In this document: positions 1 to 12,539 of the stretch, piece after piece
Layout: every line of letters begins with the position of its first letter
Position numbering within the stretch: position 1 is the stretch's first letter
Source of the DNA: Mobula hypostoma
Taxonomy: Eukaryota
DNA length: 64,000 nucleotides
Assembly (NCBI RefSeq): GCF_963921235.1
Contig: NW_026948140.1
Location: 124,001-188,000 of the forward strand
Direction of reading: 5' to 3'
Notes under the pieces: model-generated
Database searches by the model: none
What the model saw: only the letters and a program-made list of their open reading frames with translations
Told to the model about the DNA's origin: nothing
Program-made: the position numbers and the translations under genes

Positions 1-1418
1 AAAGGATCGAAAAGTAATCCGGGAAATTATAGGCCGGTGAGTTTAACGTCAGTAGTAAGTAAGTTATTGGAGGGAGTACTAAGAGACAGAATCTACAAGC
101 ATTTGGATAGACAGGGACTTATTAGGGAGAGTCAACATGGCTTTGTGCATGGTAGGTCATGTTTGACCAATCTATTGGAGTTTTTCGAGGAGGTTACCAG
201 GAAAGTGGATGAAGGGAAGGCAGTGGATATTGTCTACATGGACTTCACTAAGGCCTTTGACAAGGTCCCGCATGGCAGGTTAGTTAGGCAAATTCAGTCG
301 CTAGGTATACATGGACAGGTGGTAAATTGGATTAGACATTGGTTCGATGGAAGAAGCCAGAGAGTGGTAGTAGAGAATTGCTTCTCTGAGTGGAGGCCTG
401 TGACGAGTGGTGTGCCACAGGGATCAGTGCTGGGTCCATTGTTATTTGTCATCTATATCAATGATCTGGATGATAATGTGGTAAATTGGATCAGCAAGTT
501 TGCTGATGATACAAACATTGGAGGTGTAGTAGACAGTGAGGAAGGTTTTCAGAGCCTGCAGAAGGACTTGGACCAGCTGGAAAAATGGGCTGAAAAATGG
601 CAGATGGAGTTTAATACAGACAAGTGTGAGGTATTGCACGTTGGAAGGACAAACCAACATAGAACATACAGGGTTAATGGTAAGGCACTGAGGAGTGCAG
701 TGGAACAGAGGGATCTGGGAATACAGATACAAAATTCCCTAAAAGGGTCGTCACAGGTAGATAGGGTCGTAAAGAGAGCTTTTGGTACATTGGCCTTTAT
801 TAATCAAAGTATTGAGTATAAGAGTTGGACTGTTATGATGAGGTTGTATAAGGCATTGGTGAGGCCGAATCTAGAGTATTGTGTTCAGTTTTGGTCACCA
901 AATTACAGGAAGGATATAAATAAGGTTGAAAGAGTGCAGAGAAGGTTTACAAGGATGTTGCCAGGACTTGAGAAACTCAGTTACAGAGAAAGATTGAATA
1001 GGTTAGGACTTTATTCCCTGGAGCGTAGAAGAATGAGGGGAGATTTGATAGAGGTATATAAAATTTTGATGGGTATAGACAGAGTGAATGCGAGCAGGCT
1101 TTTTCCACTGAGGCAAGGGGAGAAAAAACCAGAGGACATGGGTTAAGGGTGAAGGGGGAAAAGTTTAAAGGGAACATTAAGGGGGGCTTCTTCACACAGA
1201 GAGTGGTAGGAGTATGGAATGAGCTGCCAGACGAGGTGGTAAATGCGGGTTCTTTTTTAACATTTAAGAATAAATTGGACAGATACATGGATGGGAGGTG
1301 TATGGAGGGATATGGTCCGTGTGCAGGTCAGTGGGACTAGGCAGAAAATGGTTCGGCACAGCCAAGAAGGGCCAAAAGGCCTATTTCTGTGCTGTAGTTT
1401 CTATGGTTTCTATGGTCT
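1..1418 (+). mobile_element. CR1 LINE, 3' part of ORF2 (RT) plus 3' tail; starts before the window
   Basis: ORF 37..1146 has QHGF, DF-KAFD, GVPQGSVLGP and KFADD motifs; frameshift near 1125; (TTCTATGG)n tail. Close copy of 49795-51215. Confidence 0.95.
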
Positions 1419-2590
1419 GAAAACCATCCTGTGTTCAAAGCACCTGATTTTACCAAGCCATTTTCTATAGCGACAGATGCTAGTGACGAAGCTGCTGGAG
1501 CAGTACTGTTACAGAAGGGTGTGGATGACATTGAACACCCAGTAGCTTATTTCTCAAAGAAATATAATGTTCACCAGAAAAATTATTCCACTGTTGAAAA
1601 GGAGTTGCTATCACTTATTCTGGCTTTACAACTTTTTGAAATCTATGTGTGTCCTGCCCAGAAACCACTTGTGGTTTACACGGACCATAATCCGTTAGTG
1701 TTTCTAACTAAGATGAAGGATAAGAATAGAAGGTTATTAAACTGGAGTCTGATATTGCAAGAATATGACCTGAAAATAAAACATGTGAAATGTACTGACA
1801 ACATTATAGCTAATTGTTTCTCCAGATGTTAAGTTAGAAATTATACACATTTTTGCTCTGTTATCTGATGATTATACATGTATTGTTTTGAACTTTGTAA
1901 TCTACAGTTTACACTTCTGCAAGGACACTGGCAGCTTCAAAGTTCATACAGAGAGAGAAGGGAGGAGCTACTTGATGGACAGATAGTGTTCAGCATGGTG
2001 AGATAAATAGAAGGTCAGATGATAGACTCACAGACACATGATTTTGGACACTGGATGAGCTTTGTTGTGCCCACAGAAAGGGTGGCTTTTTGGAGGATCG
2101 ATCAGGAGAATTGATCAGTGGCTTTCGCAGTGTGGAAAAGGTGTGACTGGTGGGGAGTTATTCGTTTACCCAACCCTCGCCTGGGTTGATAATTCCACCA
2201 CAGAAGAACAGTCCCCTTTGTTGTGGCCACATTCGGTGACTTTTAAAGGATTTTGAAGGACAACGTGAAGATCGAAAGCATCAGCTCACCTAAAGAACCA
2301 AACACCTCTCTCTCTCTCCATTTCTACTCAACTCGATACCACAAACTGAACTGAACTTCAGTGATCTCCGTAAGACTGTATCCATTTATCCCTGGGCTTG
2401 AAGAAGCTTGGTTTCTATATTTCCACACACACACACATATATATATATATTGCTAACCTGTCTGATATATCTGCACTTCTATTACTGTATTGTGTAGTTA
2501 CTAATAAATACCATTAGTTCATAGCAATACCAGACTCTAAGGTATTTTCCATTTCTGCTGGTTCTTTAACCCGTCATGGGGTATGTGACA
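1419..2590 (+). mobile_element. Gypsy-type LTR retrotransposon 3' remnant: RNase H C-terminus followed by a partial LTR
   Basis: ORF 1431..1832 has TDAS...YFSKK...YSTVEKELL...YTDHNPL. The end TTTCTGCTGGTT...GGGGTATGTGACA resembles the end of the solo LTR at 12650-13467. Confidence 0.8.
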
Positions 2591-2609
2591 CTTGTTTGCC
2601 AATGACTTT

Positions 2610-2742
2610 GATGATGACGAAGGTCTCGGCCTGAAACGTCGACTGCGCCTCTTCCTATAGATGCTGCCTGGCCTGCTGCGTTCACCAGCAACTTTGATGT
2701 GTGTTGCTTGAATTTCCAGCATCTGCAGAATTCCTGTTGTTT
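2610..2742 (+). mobile_element. Short Penelope-type 3' end fragment
   Basis: GAAGGTCTCGGCCTGAAACGTCGAC...CAGCATCTGCAGA is the reverse complement of the end of the GIY-YIG element at 5800-5930; flanked by a TTTGATGATG repeat. Confidence 0.6.
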
Positions 2743-3172
2743 GATGATGGAATTGATGACTTTGTGCAAAGTTTATGGATGATATGAAGATAGGTGGAGG
2801 GGATGGAAGTTTTGATGAAGTAGAGAAGATACAGATGGTCTTAGACAGATTAGGAGAATGGGCAAAGAAATGGCAGATGGAATACAGTGTCAAGAAGTGT
2901 ATGGTCTTGCACTTTGGTAGAAGAAATAAAAGGGTAGACTATTTTCTAAATCAAAAGAAAATTCAAAGATCAGAGGTACAAATGGACTTGGATGTCTTCA
3001 TGCATAAGATCATGAGATATAGGAGCAGAGTTAGGCCATTTAGGCCATCGAGTCTGCTCTGCCATTTCATTATGGCTGATCCAATTTTCCTGTCAGCCCC
3101 AATCTCTTGCCTTCTCCGCATACCCCTCCATACCTTGACCAATCAAGAATCTATCAATCTCTGCCTTAAATA
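2743..3172. mobile_element. Old CR1 RT fragment (+) followed by a CR1 3' end (-)
   Basis: ORF 2775..3239 begins with LDRLGEWAKKWQMEY...HFGRRN, then switches to a reverse CR1 3'UTR. Confidence 0.75.
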
Positions 3173-3174
3173 TA

Positions 3175-4458
3175 CAGTGCCTATAAAAAGTATTCACCCC
3201 CCTTGGAAGCTTTTGTGTATTATTGCTTTACAGCATTGAATCACAGTGGATTTAATTTGGGTTTTTTGACACTGATCAACAGAAATGACTCTTGTGTCAA
3301 AGTGAAAAAATACTACAAATTGGTCTAAATACATAACAATTATTAGACACAAAATAATTTGTTGCTTAATTACTCACCCCCTTCAAGTCAGTATTTACTA
3401 GATGCACCTTTGGGAACAATTAGAGCCTCGAGTCCGTGTGGATAGGTCTCTATCAGTTTTGCACATTTGGACTGCAATTTCTCCCCCATTCTTCTTTACA
3501 AAACTGCTCAAGGACTGTTAGATTGCATAGGGATCATGAGTGAGTAACCTTTTACAAGTGTAGCCACAAATTCTCAGTTGGAATGAGGTCTGTACTCTGA
3601 CTTGGCCACTTCAGTATGTTAACTGTGTTTTCTTTAAGCCATTCCTGTGTGGTTTTGGCTTTATGCTTGGCCTCATTGTCTAGATGTGAAACAAATCTTC
3701 TCCCAAGTCGCAGTTCTCTTGCAGACTGCATCAGGTTTCCTCCAGAGTTTCCTGTATTTTGCTGCATTCGTTTTACCCTCTACCTTCACAAGCCTCCCAG
3801 GGCCTGCTGCAGTGAATCATCCCCACTGCATGATGCAGACACCACCATGCTTCACAGTAGGGATGGTGTGTTTCTGATAATGTGCGGTGTTTCGTTTCGC
3901 CAAACACAGCGTTTATTCTGATGGCTGAAAAACTTAATTTTGGTTTCATCAGATCAGAGAACCTTCTATCAGCTGACTTCAGAGTCTCCCACATGCCTTC
4001 TGGCAAACTGAGATTTCATGTGAGTTTTCTTTCAACAGTGATTTTCTTTTTGCCACTCTCCCATAAAGCTGTGACTGATTGAAGCACCCAGGCAATGGTT
4101 GTTGTATGTGCAATCTCTTCCACTTCAGCCACTGAAGCTTGTGACTCCTCCAGTTGTCACAGGTCTCTTGGTGGCCTCCCCCACTAGTCCCCTTCTTGCA
4201 CAGTCATTCTGTTTTTGAGGACGTACTGCTCCAGGCAGATTTACACCTGTGCCACGTTCTTTCCATTTCTTGATGATTGACAACTGTTCTCCAATGGATA
4301 TTCAGTGACTTGGAAATGTTCTTGTATCCATCTCCTGACTCATGCTTTTCAATAACCTCGACGCGGAGTTGCTTGGAGTGCTCTTTTGTCTTCATGGTGT
4401 AGTTTTTGCCAGGATACTGACTCACCAGCAGTTGGACCTTCCAGATACAGGTGCAATT
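3175..4458 (-). mobile_element. Tc1 DNA transposon fossil, truncated on one side
   Basis: TA|CAGTGCCTATAAAAAGTATTCACCCCC terminus. Fragments MKTKEHSKQLR...GYKNISKSLNI and WPSQSTDLIPTENLW lie in broken frames. Confidence 0.85.
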
Positions 4459-5085
4459 TCTTTTTTTCTTTCTTTTCAATATTTTTATTAATTTCTACAT
4501 AGAAGAATACAGAGTCCAAGAAAATACATATTATAAAACAAAAGAAAAAATATAATAATACCAGATATATTATAATAAATCACATTAATGAACTCCTTAC
4601 CCTATATTCGTATAGATTAGATTAATCCATATGTTAGAATATAAACAATTTTATCTAAAAAATCTATACCCACTACCAAAGTCGAAGATGTTTGGTAAAG
4701 TAAAAAAAGGGAAAGAAACTTCATCAGATAATAAAATACGCTATTAACCAGCTTCTGTACTTTAATGAGAAATCAAAGATTATGAAAATAATTTAAAAAC
4801 GGGCCCCAAAAATTTTGAAAACCTTGGTTAAATTCAAAAATTGAACAACTAATCTTTTCTAAATTTAAGCATGCCATAACATCCTGTAACCACTGAGCAT
4901 GGTTATGCGGAACAGCATCCTTCCATTTCAACAAAAGCATCCTCCTCGCCATAAGAGAGATAAAAGCCAGAATGTGTAAATCAGATGTCTTCAAAATGAT
5001 ATCTTTCCCTCCAACAACACCAAATAGGGCAGTCAAAGGATTAGGCTTAGGTGTATTTTTACTATAATCAATTGAAACACCTTGA
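4459..5085 (-). mobile_element. L1-clade LINE 3' end (ORF2 C-terminus plus A-rich tail)
   Basis: NPLTALFG...LMARRMLLLKWK...W...LEK...FWGPF in ORF 4773..5225; minus-strand AATAAA and A-rich tail near 4460-4490. Confidence 0.7.
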
Positions 5086-5795
5086 CTCCACATGGTGATC
5101 ACCATTTTATTTATCCTGTGACTTCTAAAACCAATTGGCTGCACCACTTTCTTAATCTGTCTAATTCCTTCTGTAGCCACTGCTTTATCCATTCTAGAAT
5201 CTTTCCTGTAATACCATGGGCTCATAGCTTGTTAAACAGCCTTGTGTGTGGCAGCTTGTCAAAGACCTTCTGAAAATCCAAATATACAACCTCAACCAAT
5301 TCTCTGTTATTTCTTCAAACAATTCCATCAGAGTGGAGTGTTATTTGCACTTTTCCAGTCTTTCAGAGCCTTTCCAGAATCTAGTGATTCTTGAAAGATC
5401 ATTACTAATGCCTCCATGATCTCTTCAGCTACCTCTCAGATCTCTGGGGTGTACACCGTCTGGTCCATATGACTTACCTACATTCTGATTTTTCAATTTC
5501 CCAAGAACTTTCTCTTTAGTTATGGTAACTTCACACACTTTATGCCCCGACATCTGGATTTCCACCATACTGCTACTATCTTCCACAGTGAAGACTGATG
5601 TAAAATCTTATTCAGTTCGTCTGTCATTTTGTTGTCTCCCATTACTACCTCTCCAACAATGTTTTCCAGCAGTCCGATATTCACTGTCACCTCTCTTTTA
5701 CACATTATTTATCTGAAGAAACTTTTGGTATCCTCTTTAATATTATTGGCTAGCTTTTATAGAATTCCATCTTTACCTTCTTAATTATTTACTTA
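5086..5795 (-). mobile_element. Degraded CR1 ORF2 fragments
   Basis: Reverse-strand DFQKVFDK-like and VVMGDNKMTDELN-like segments. Confidence 0.65.
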
Positions 5796-5799
5796 CGCA

Positions 5800-6560
5800 G
5801 ACACAAGGAAATCTGCAGATGCTGGAAATTCAAGCAATACACACAAAAAATATTGGTGAACGCAGCAGGCCAGGCAGCATCGACAGGAAGAGGTACAGTC
5901 GACATTTTGGGCCGTGACCCCTCGTCAGGACTAACTGAAAGAAGAGATAGTAAGAGATTTGAAAGTGGGAGTGGGAGGGGGAGATCCGAAATGATAGGAG
6001 AAGACAGGAGGGGAGGGGTGGATCTAAGACCTAAGGAAGAGGATCAATGGACGGGAAGCCTGAGGATAGAGAGAAGTGGGGAGGGGAGCCCGGAGGGTGG
6101 AGAGCAGGCAAGGAATTATAGGAGGGACAAAGGGAGAAAAAAGAGAGAGCGAGAAAAAGGGGGGAAAAATATAAATATATAAAAATAAATTAAATAAATA
6201 AATAAGTGATAGGGTGTGAAGGGGAGGAGGGATACTAATGGAAGTTAGAGAAGTCAATGTTCATGCCATCAGGTTGGAGGCAACCCAGAGGGAAGATAAG
6301 GTGTTGTTCCTCCAACCTGAGTGTGGCTTCATCTTGACAGTAGAGGAGGCCGTGGATAGACATATCAGAATGGGAATGGGACGTGGAATTAAAATTTGTG
6401 GCCACTGAGAGATCTTGCATTCTCTGGAGGACAGAGCATAGGTGTTCAGCAAAATGGTCCCCCAGCCTGCATCGGGCGTTGCCAATATATGGAAGGCCAT
6501 ACCTGGAGCACCAGACGCAGTATATCACCCCAGCCGACTGACAGGTGAAGTGTCGCCTTC
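5800..6560 (-). mobile_element. Penelope-like element, GIY-YIG endonuclease end plus 3' region
   Basis: ORF 6235..6564: FTC...VIYCVWCSRYGLPYIG...RLGDHFAEH...EEQHLI...QPDGMN. Confidence 0.85.
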
Positions 6561-7445
6561 TCAAATTTCAGGGTGAATTCTATCATATTAAGATCACTTG
6601 TCCCAAGGGTTCTTTTACCTTGAGCTATCTTATAAATTCTGGTTCATTGCACAGCACCTTATCGAGAATAGTTGATTCCCTAGTGGGCTTAACCAGGACT
6701 GTTCTGTGTACATACATCTACTGATGCTTCTGGACACATCTTCAGCGATGTTCCTGGAATCATCGGGTGTTTCGGGTCTTTCAACATCATACAACCTCCT
6801 CCAAGTGACCCAGCCAGGGCTGATCAGACCCCAGTTTGTGTCCAAATGGCTAGCTACTTATGACTCCATGGCTCCCCTCTTTTAAGCCACAGCCATCTTG
6901 AGGCCCTCTCTGCCGCATCAGTGGTACTGCGGATGGCTCTGAAAAGCCATCTCATACCTACTCTAGAAATTCCCCCTCTTGGGTTCCAGCACCAATCTGA
7001 TTTTCCCAATGTACCTGCATATTAAAGTCTCCAATGACTATTGTAAGATTGCCCTTTTGGCAATCCGTGTCTCATTGTAATTTGTAGACCACATCCTTAC
7101 TGCTGTTTGGGGCCTGTATAATACTCCTATCAGGGTCTTTTTACCCCTGCAGTTCCTTAGCTCTACCCACAGTGATTCAATACCTTCTGATGCTGTGTCA
7201 CCTCTTCCTGACGATTTGACTTCATTTTTCTCTAACAAAGCCACGTAACCCCCTCTGCCTACCTGCCTGTCTTTTCAATACAATGTGTATCCTTGGATGT
7301 TAAGCTCCTGGATATTATTTTCTTTCAGCCATGATTCAGTGATGTCTACAACATCATACATGCCCATTTGTAAAAGTTCTTCAAGTTCATCTACCTTATT
7401 CCATACACTGCATACATTCAAATGCAACACCTTCAGTCCTGTATT
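6561..7445 (-). mobile_element. Degraded CR1 endonuclease fragments with other old repeats
   Basis: ORF 7038..7244: ESLWVELRNCRGKKTLIGVLYRP. Confidence 0.65.
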
Positions 7446-7449
7446 TGAT

Positions 7450-7890
7450 ACAAATACAGCTGATAGGAAAGCACTTCAGTGGGTCATCTCTAGCGCACAG
7501 AAGATCATCGGGACACAGCTCCCAGTCCTGGCGGACACCGACAGCTCTTGCTGCCTGAGGAAAGCTACAAGCATCTATAAGGGCAATACACACCCATGCA
7601 ATCATCTGTTTGAACTTCTTCCATCTGGCAGACATTATAAGATTTTCTATGCCCGCACTTCCAGACTGAAAAATAGCTTTTCCCCAGAGCTATAATTGCT
7701 CTGAACCAATCGATCAAGCATCATCCATAAATTTGTTATGTTGTTACTTTAATACTGGTTTTATGGCTGTCATGCATCTGAGTTGTGCTTTTGTACTGCT
7801 GGACGTTGCTTGTACTGGCTGGTTACTTGATTTTATTTATTGTTCTTTTTATTTTATTTGTTGTTTGATAGCATTGAGTATGAGAGTTGC
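7450..7890 (+). mobile_element. Rex1/Babar-like LINE 3' end
   Basis: DRKALQWVISSAQKIIG...HPCNHLFELLPSGRHY...RTSRLKNSF, the typical C-terminus of these RT ORFs. Confidence 0.7.
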
Positions 7891-8189
7891 AAACTCCCTC
7901 ATCCTCAGCACTATTACTCCAGTTCCCATCCCCCGCCAAATCAGTTTAAACACTTCCGAAAAGGTTAATTTGCAGGTTTATTTTATTGCGATACTGCAAA
8001 GAATAGGCCTTCAGTCCCTTCGAGCCACTCCGACCAGCAACTCTGCCAATTTAACCCTGATCACAGGAGAATTTACAATGGAAACCGGAGAACCTGAAGA
8101 AAACCGATGCCGTCACAGGGAGAATGTACAAACTCCTTACAGACAGTGGAAGTAATGCATCCTGGATCACTGGTATGTAAAGCATTGTG

Positions 8190-11100
8190 CTAACAGGATC
8201 CTCTTTTGAGTCAATATGGGTGGAAGTCAGGAACAGGAAGGGAGCAGTTACCCTACTGGGGGTATTCTATAGGCCCCCTGGTAGCAGCAGAGATACAGAG
8301 GAGCAGATTGGGAGGCAGATTTTGGAAAGGTGCAGAAATAACAGGGTTGTTAACATGGATGACTTTAACTTCCCTGATAATGATTGGCACCTGAATAGTT
8401 CCAAGGGTTTAGATGGGGCAGAATTTGTTAAGTGTGTCCAGGATGGATTCCTGTCACAGTATGTTGACAGGCCGACTAGGGGGAATGCCATACTAGATCT
8501 AATACTAGGTAATGAACTGGGTCAGGTCAGAGATCTCTCAGTGGGTGAGCATCTGGGGGACAGCGACCACCGCTCCCTGGCCTTTAGCATTATCATAGAA
8601 AAGGATAGAATCAGAGAGGACAGGAAAATTTTTAATTGGTGAAAGGCAAATTATGATGCTATAAGGCTAGAACTTGCAGGTGTGAACTGGGATGATGTTT
8701 TTTCAGGGAAATGTACTACTGATATGTGTTCGATGTTTAGAGATCTCTTCCGGGATGTTAGGGATAACAATTGTTCATCCCAGTTTGGCAAAAAAATAAA
8801 TCAAGGAAGGTAGTGCACCCGTGGCTGACAAGAGAAATTAGGGATAGTATCAATTCCAAAGAAGAAGCATACAAATTAACCAGAGAAAGTGGCTCACCTG
8901 AGGACTGGGAGAAATTCAGAGTTCAGCAGAGGAAGACGAAGGGCTTAATTAGGAAGGGGAAAAAAGATTATGAGAGAAAACTGGCAGGGCACATAAAAAC
9001 GGACTGTAAAAGCTTTTCTAGATATGTAAAAAGGAAAAGGTTGGTAAAGACAAGTGTTGGTCCCCTGCAGACAGAAACAGGTGAATTGATTATGGGGAGC
9101 AAGGACATGGCAGACCAATTGAATAATTACTTTGGTTCTGTCTTCACTAAGGAGGACATAAATAATCTTCCAGAAATAGTAGGGGACAGAGGGTCCAGTG
9201 GGATGGAGGAACTGAGCGAAATACATGTTAGTAGGGAAGTGGTGTTAGTTAAATTGAAGGGATTGAAGGCAGATAAATCCCCAGGGCCAGATGGTCTGCA
9301 TCCTAGAGTGCTTAAGGAAGTAGCCCAAGAAATAGTGGATGCATTAGTGATAATTTTTCAAAACTCGTTAGATTCTGGACCAGTTCCTGAGGATTGGAGG
9401 GTGGCTAATGTAACCCCACTTTTTTAAAAAAGGAGGGAGAGAGAAACCGGGGAATTATAGACCGGTTAGCCTAACGTCGGTGGTGGGGAAACTGCTGGAG
9501 TCAGTTATCAAGGATGTGATAACAGCACATTTGGAAAGCGGTGAAATGATCGGACAAAGTCAGCATGGATTTGTGAAAGGAAAATCATGTCTGACGAATC
9601 TCATAGAATTTTTTGAGGATGTAACTAGTAGAGTGGATAGGGGAGAACCAGTGGATGTGGTATATTTGGATTTTCAAAAGGCTTTTGACAAGGTCCCACA
9701 CAGGAGATTAGTGTGCAAACTTAAAGCACACAGTATTGGGGGTAAGGTATTGGTGTGGGTGGAGAATTGGTTAGCAGACAGGAAGCAAAGAGTGGGAATA
9801 AACGGGACCTTTTCAGAATGGCAGGCGGTGACTAGTGGGGTACCGCAAGGCTCAGTGCTGGGACCCCAGTTGTTTACAATATATATTAATGACTTGGATG
9901 AGGGAATTAAATGCAGCATCTCCAAGTTTGCGGATGACACGAAGCTGGGTAGCAGTGTTAGGTGTGAGGAGGATGCTAAGAGGATGCAGGGTGACTTGGA
10001 TAGGTTGGGTGAGTGGGCAAATTCATGGCAGATGCAATTGAATGTGGATAAATGTGAAGTTATCCACTTTGGTGGCAAGAATAGGAAAACAGATTATTAT
10101 CTGAATGGTGGCCGATTAGGAAAAGGGAAGGTGCAACGAGACCTGGGTGTCATTATACACCAGTCATTGAAAGTGGGCATGCAGATACAGCAGGCGGTGA
10201 AAAAGGTGAATGGTATGCTGGCATTTATAGCGAGAGGATTCGAGTACAGGAGCAGGGAGGTACTACTGCAGTTGTACAAGGCCTTGGTGAGACCACACCT
10301 GGAGTATTGTGTGCAGTTTTGGTCCCCTAATCTGAGGAAAGACACCCTTGCCATAGAGGGAGTACAAAGAAGGTTCACCAGATAGATTCCTGGGATGGCA
10401 GGACTTTCATATGAAGAAAGACTGGATGAACTGGGCTTGTACTCGTTGGAATTTAGAAGATTGAGGGGGGATCTGATTGAAACGTATAAGATCCTAAAGG
10501 GATTGGACAGGTTAGATGCAGGGAGATTGTTCCCAATGTTGGGGAAGTCCAGAACGAGGGGCCACAGTTTGAGGATAGAGGGGAAGCCTTTTAGGACCGA
10601 GATTAGGAAAAACTTCTTCACACAGAGAGTGGTGAATCTGTGGAATTCTCTGCCACAGGAAACAGTTGAGGCCAGTTCATTGGCTATATTTAAGAGGGAG
10701 TTAGATATGGCCCTTGTGGCTACGGGGGTCAGGGGGTATGGAGGGAAGGCTGGGGCGGGTTTCTGAGTTGGATGATCAGCCATGATCATAATAAATAGCG
10801 GTGCAGGCTCGAAGGGCCGAATGGCCTACTCCTGCACCTATTTTCTATGTTTCTATAAATTTGTCCTGGTGAGGAAGATAAAGAATGGTAGGGTGAGGGA
10901 ACCATGGGTGACAAGTGAGGTGTAAAATCTAGTCAGGTGGAAGACGGCAGCATACATGAGGTTTAGGAAGCAAAGATCAGATGGGTCTATTGAGGAATAT
11001 AGGGAAGCAAGAAAGGAGCTTAAGAAGGGGCTGAGAAGAGCAAGAAGGGGGCATGAGAAGGCCTTGGCGAGTAGGGTAAAGGAAAACCCCAAGGCATTCT

Positions 11101-12036
11101 TCAATTATGTGAAGGAAAAAAGGATGACAAGAGTGAAGGTAGGACCGATTAGAGATAAAGGTGGGAAGATGTGCCTGGAGGCTGTGGAAGTGAGCGAGGT
11201 CCTCAATGAATACTTCTCTTCGGCCTCACTTGGAGACTTGCGCGTAGTTTACATAAGGTATAGGAGCAGAATTTGAGTTTAAGAGGGAACTTGATGAAGG
11301 TGAGGACAATATGAGTGAGGTTGATGTACTGGAGCATGTTGATATTAAGGGAGAGGAGGTGTTGGAGTTGTTAAAATACATTAGGACAAATAAGTCCCCA
11401 GGGCATGACGGAGTATTCCCCAGGCTGCTCCACGAGGCGAGGGAAGAGATTGCTGAGCCTCTGGCTAGGATCTTTATGTCCTCATTGTCCACGGGAATGG
11501 TACCGGAGGACTGGAGGGAGGCGAATGTTGTCCCCTTGTTCAAAAAAGGTAGTAGGGCTAGTCCAGGTAATTATAGACCAGTGAGTCTTACGTCTCTGGT
11601 GGGAAAGCTGTTGGAAAGGATTCTTAGAGATAGGATCTATAGGCATTTAGAGAATCATGGTCTGATCAGGGACAGTCAGCATGGCTTTGTGAAGGGCAGA
11701 TCGTGTCTAACAAGCCTGATAGAGTTCTTTGAGGAGGTGGCCAGGCATATAGATGAGGGTAGTGCAGTGGATGTGATCTACATGGATTTTAGTAAGGCAT
11801 TTGACAAGGTTCCACACGGTAGGCTTATTCAGAAAGTTAGAAGGCATGGGATCCAGGGAAGTTTGGCCAGGTGGATTCAGAATTGGCTGGCCTGCAGAAG
11901 GCAGAGGGTCATGGTGGAGGAAGTACATTCAGATTGGAGGATTGTGACTAGTGGTGTCCCACAAGGATCTGTTCCGGGACCTCTACTTTTCGTAATTTTT
12001 ATTAACGACCTGGATGTTGGGATAGAAGGGTGGGTG
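8190..12036 (+). mobile_element. CR1 LINE (family B) EN-RT fragment, interrupted by a younger CR1
   Basis: EN motifs (YRPP, DFN, SDH) at 8187..8642 and RT at 11311..12036. The sequence resumes exactly after the 8767-10855 insertion. Confidence 0.9.
8767..10855 (+). mobile_element. CR1 LINE (family A), 5'-truncated, nested
   Basis: ORFs 8771..9427, 9480..10385 and 10395..10766 match ORF2 of the 53319-57784 element; (TTTCTATG) tail; host reads GGGATA|...|TAAATTTG. Confidence 0.95.
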
Positions 12037-12149
12037 TATGTAATGTTAGCAATAATTTCAAGTGAATTAAAATATAAATGCAAGAGTGTAACATTAAGGC
12101 TTTATATTGCACTGATGCGGCCTCACTTGGAGAATTGCGCGTATTTTCA

Positions 12150-12537
12150 TAAGGTATAGGAGCTAAATTTGGCCGTATTGCCCCTCTTGTTTCCTCTGTC
12201 ATTTTATGGGGGCTCATCCATTTTCCCTCTCAGTGCCAATAACCTGCCTTCTCCCCGTATTCCTTCATGCCCTGACTAATGAAAATTATATCAACCACTG
12301 CCTGAAATATATCCAAAGACTTGGCTTCCACAGCTGCCTGTGGCACCAAATTCCACAGATTCACCACTTTCTGGCTTGGAAGATTCCTCCTCATCTCTGT
12401 TTTGAAAGGATGTCCTTCTATTCTGAGGTTGTGTGTTCTGGTCTTAGACTCTCCCATGACAGGAAACATCCCCTCTACATCCACTCCATCAAGGTCTTTC
12501 AAGATTTGATAGGTTTCAATGAGGTCACCCTCATTCC
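12150..12537 (-). mobile_element. CR1 3' end fragment
   Basis: ORF 12230..12547: GDLIETYQILK...VVNLWN. Confidence 0.8.
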
Positions 12538-12539
12538 AT

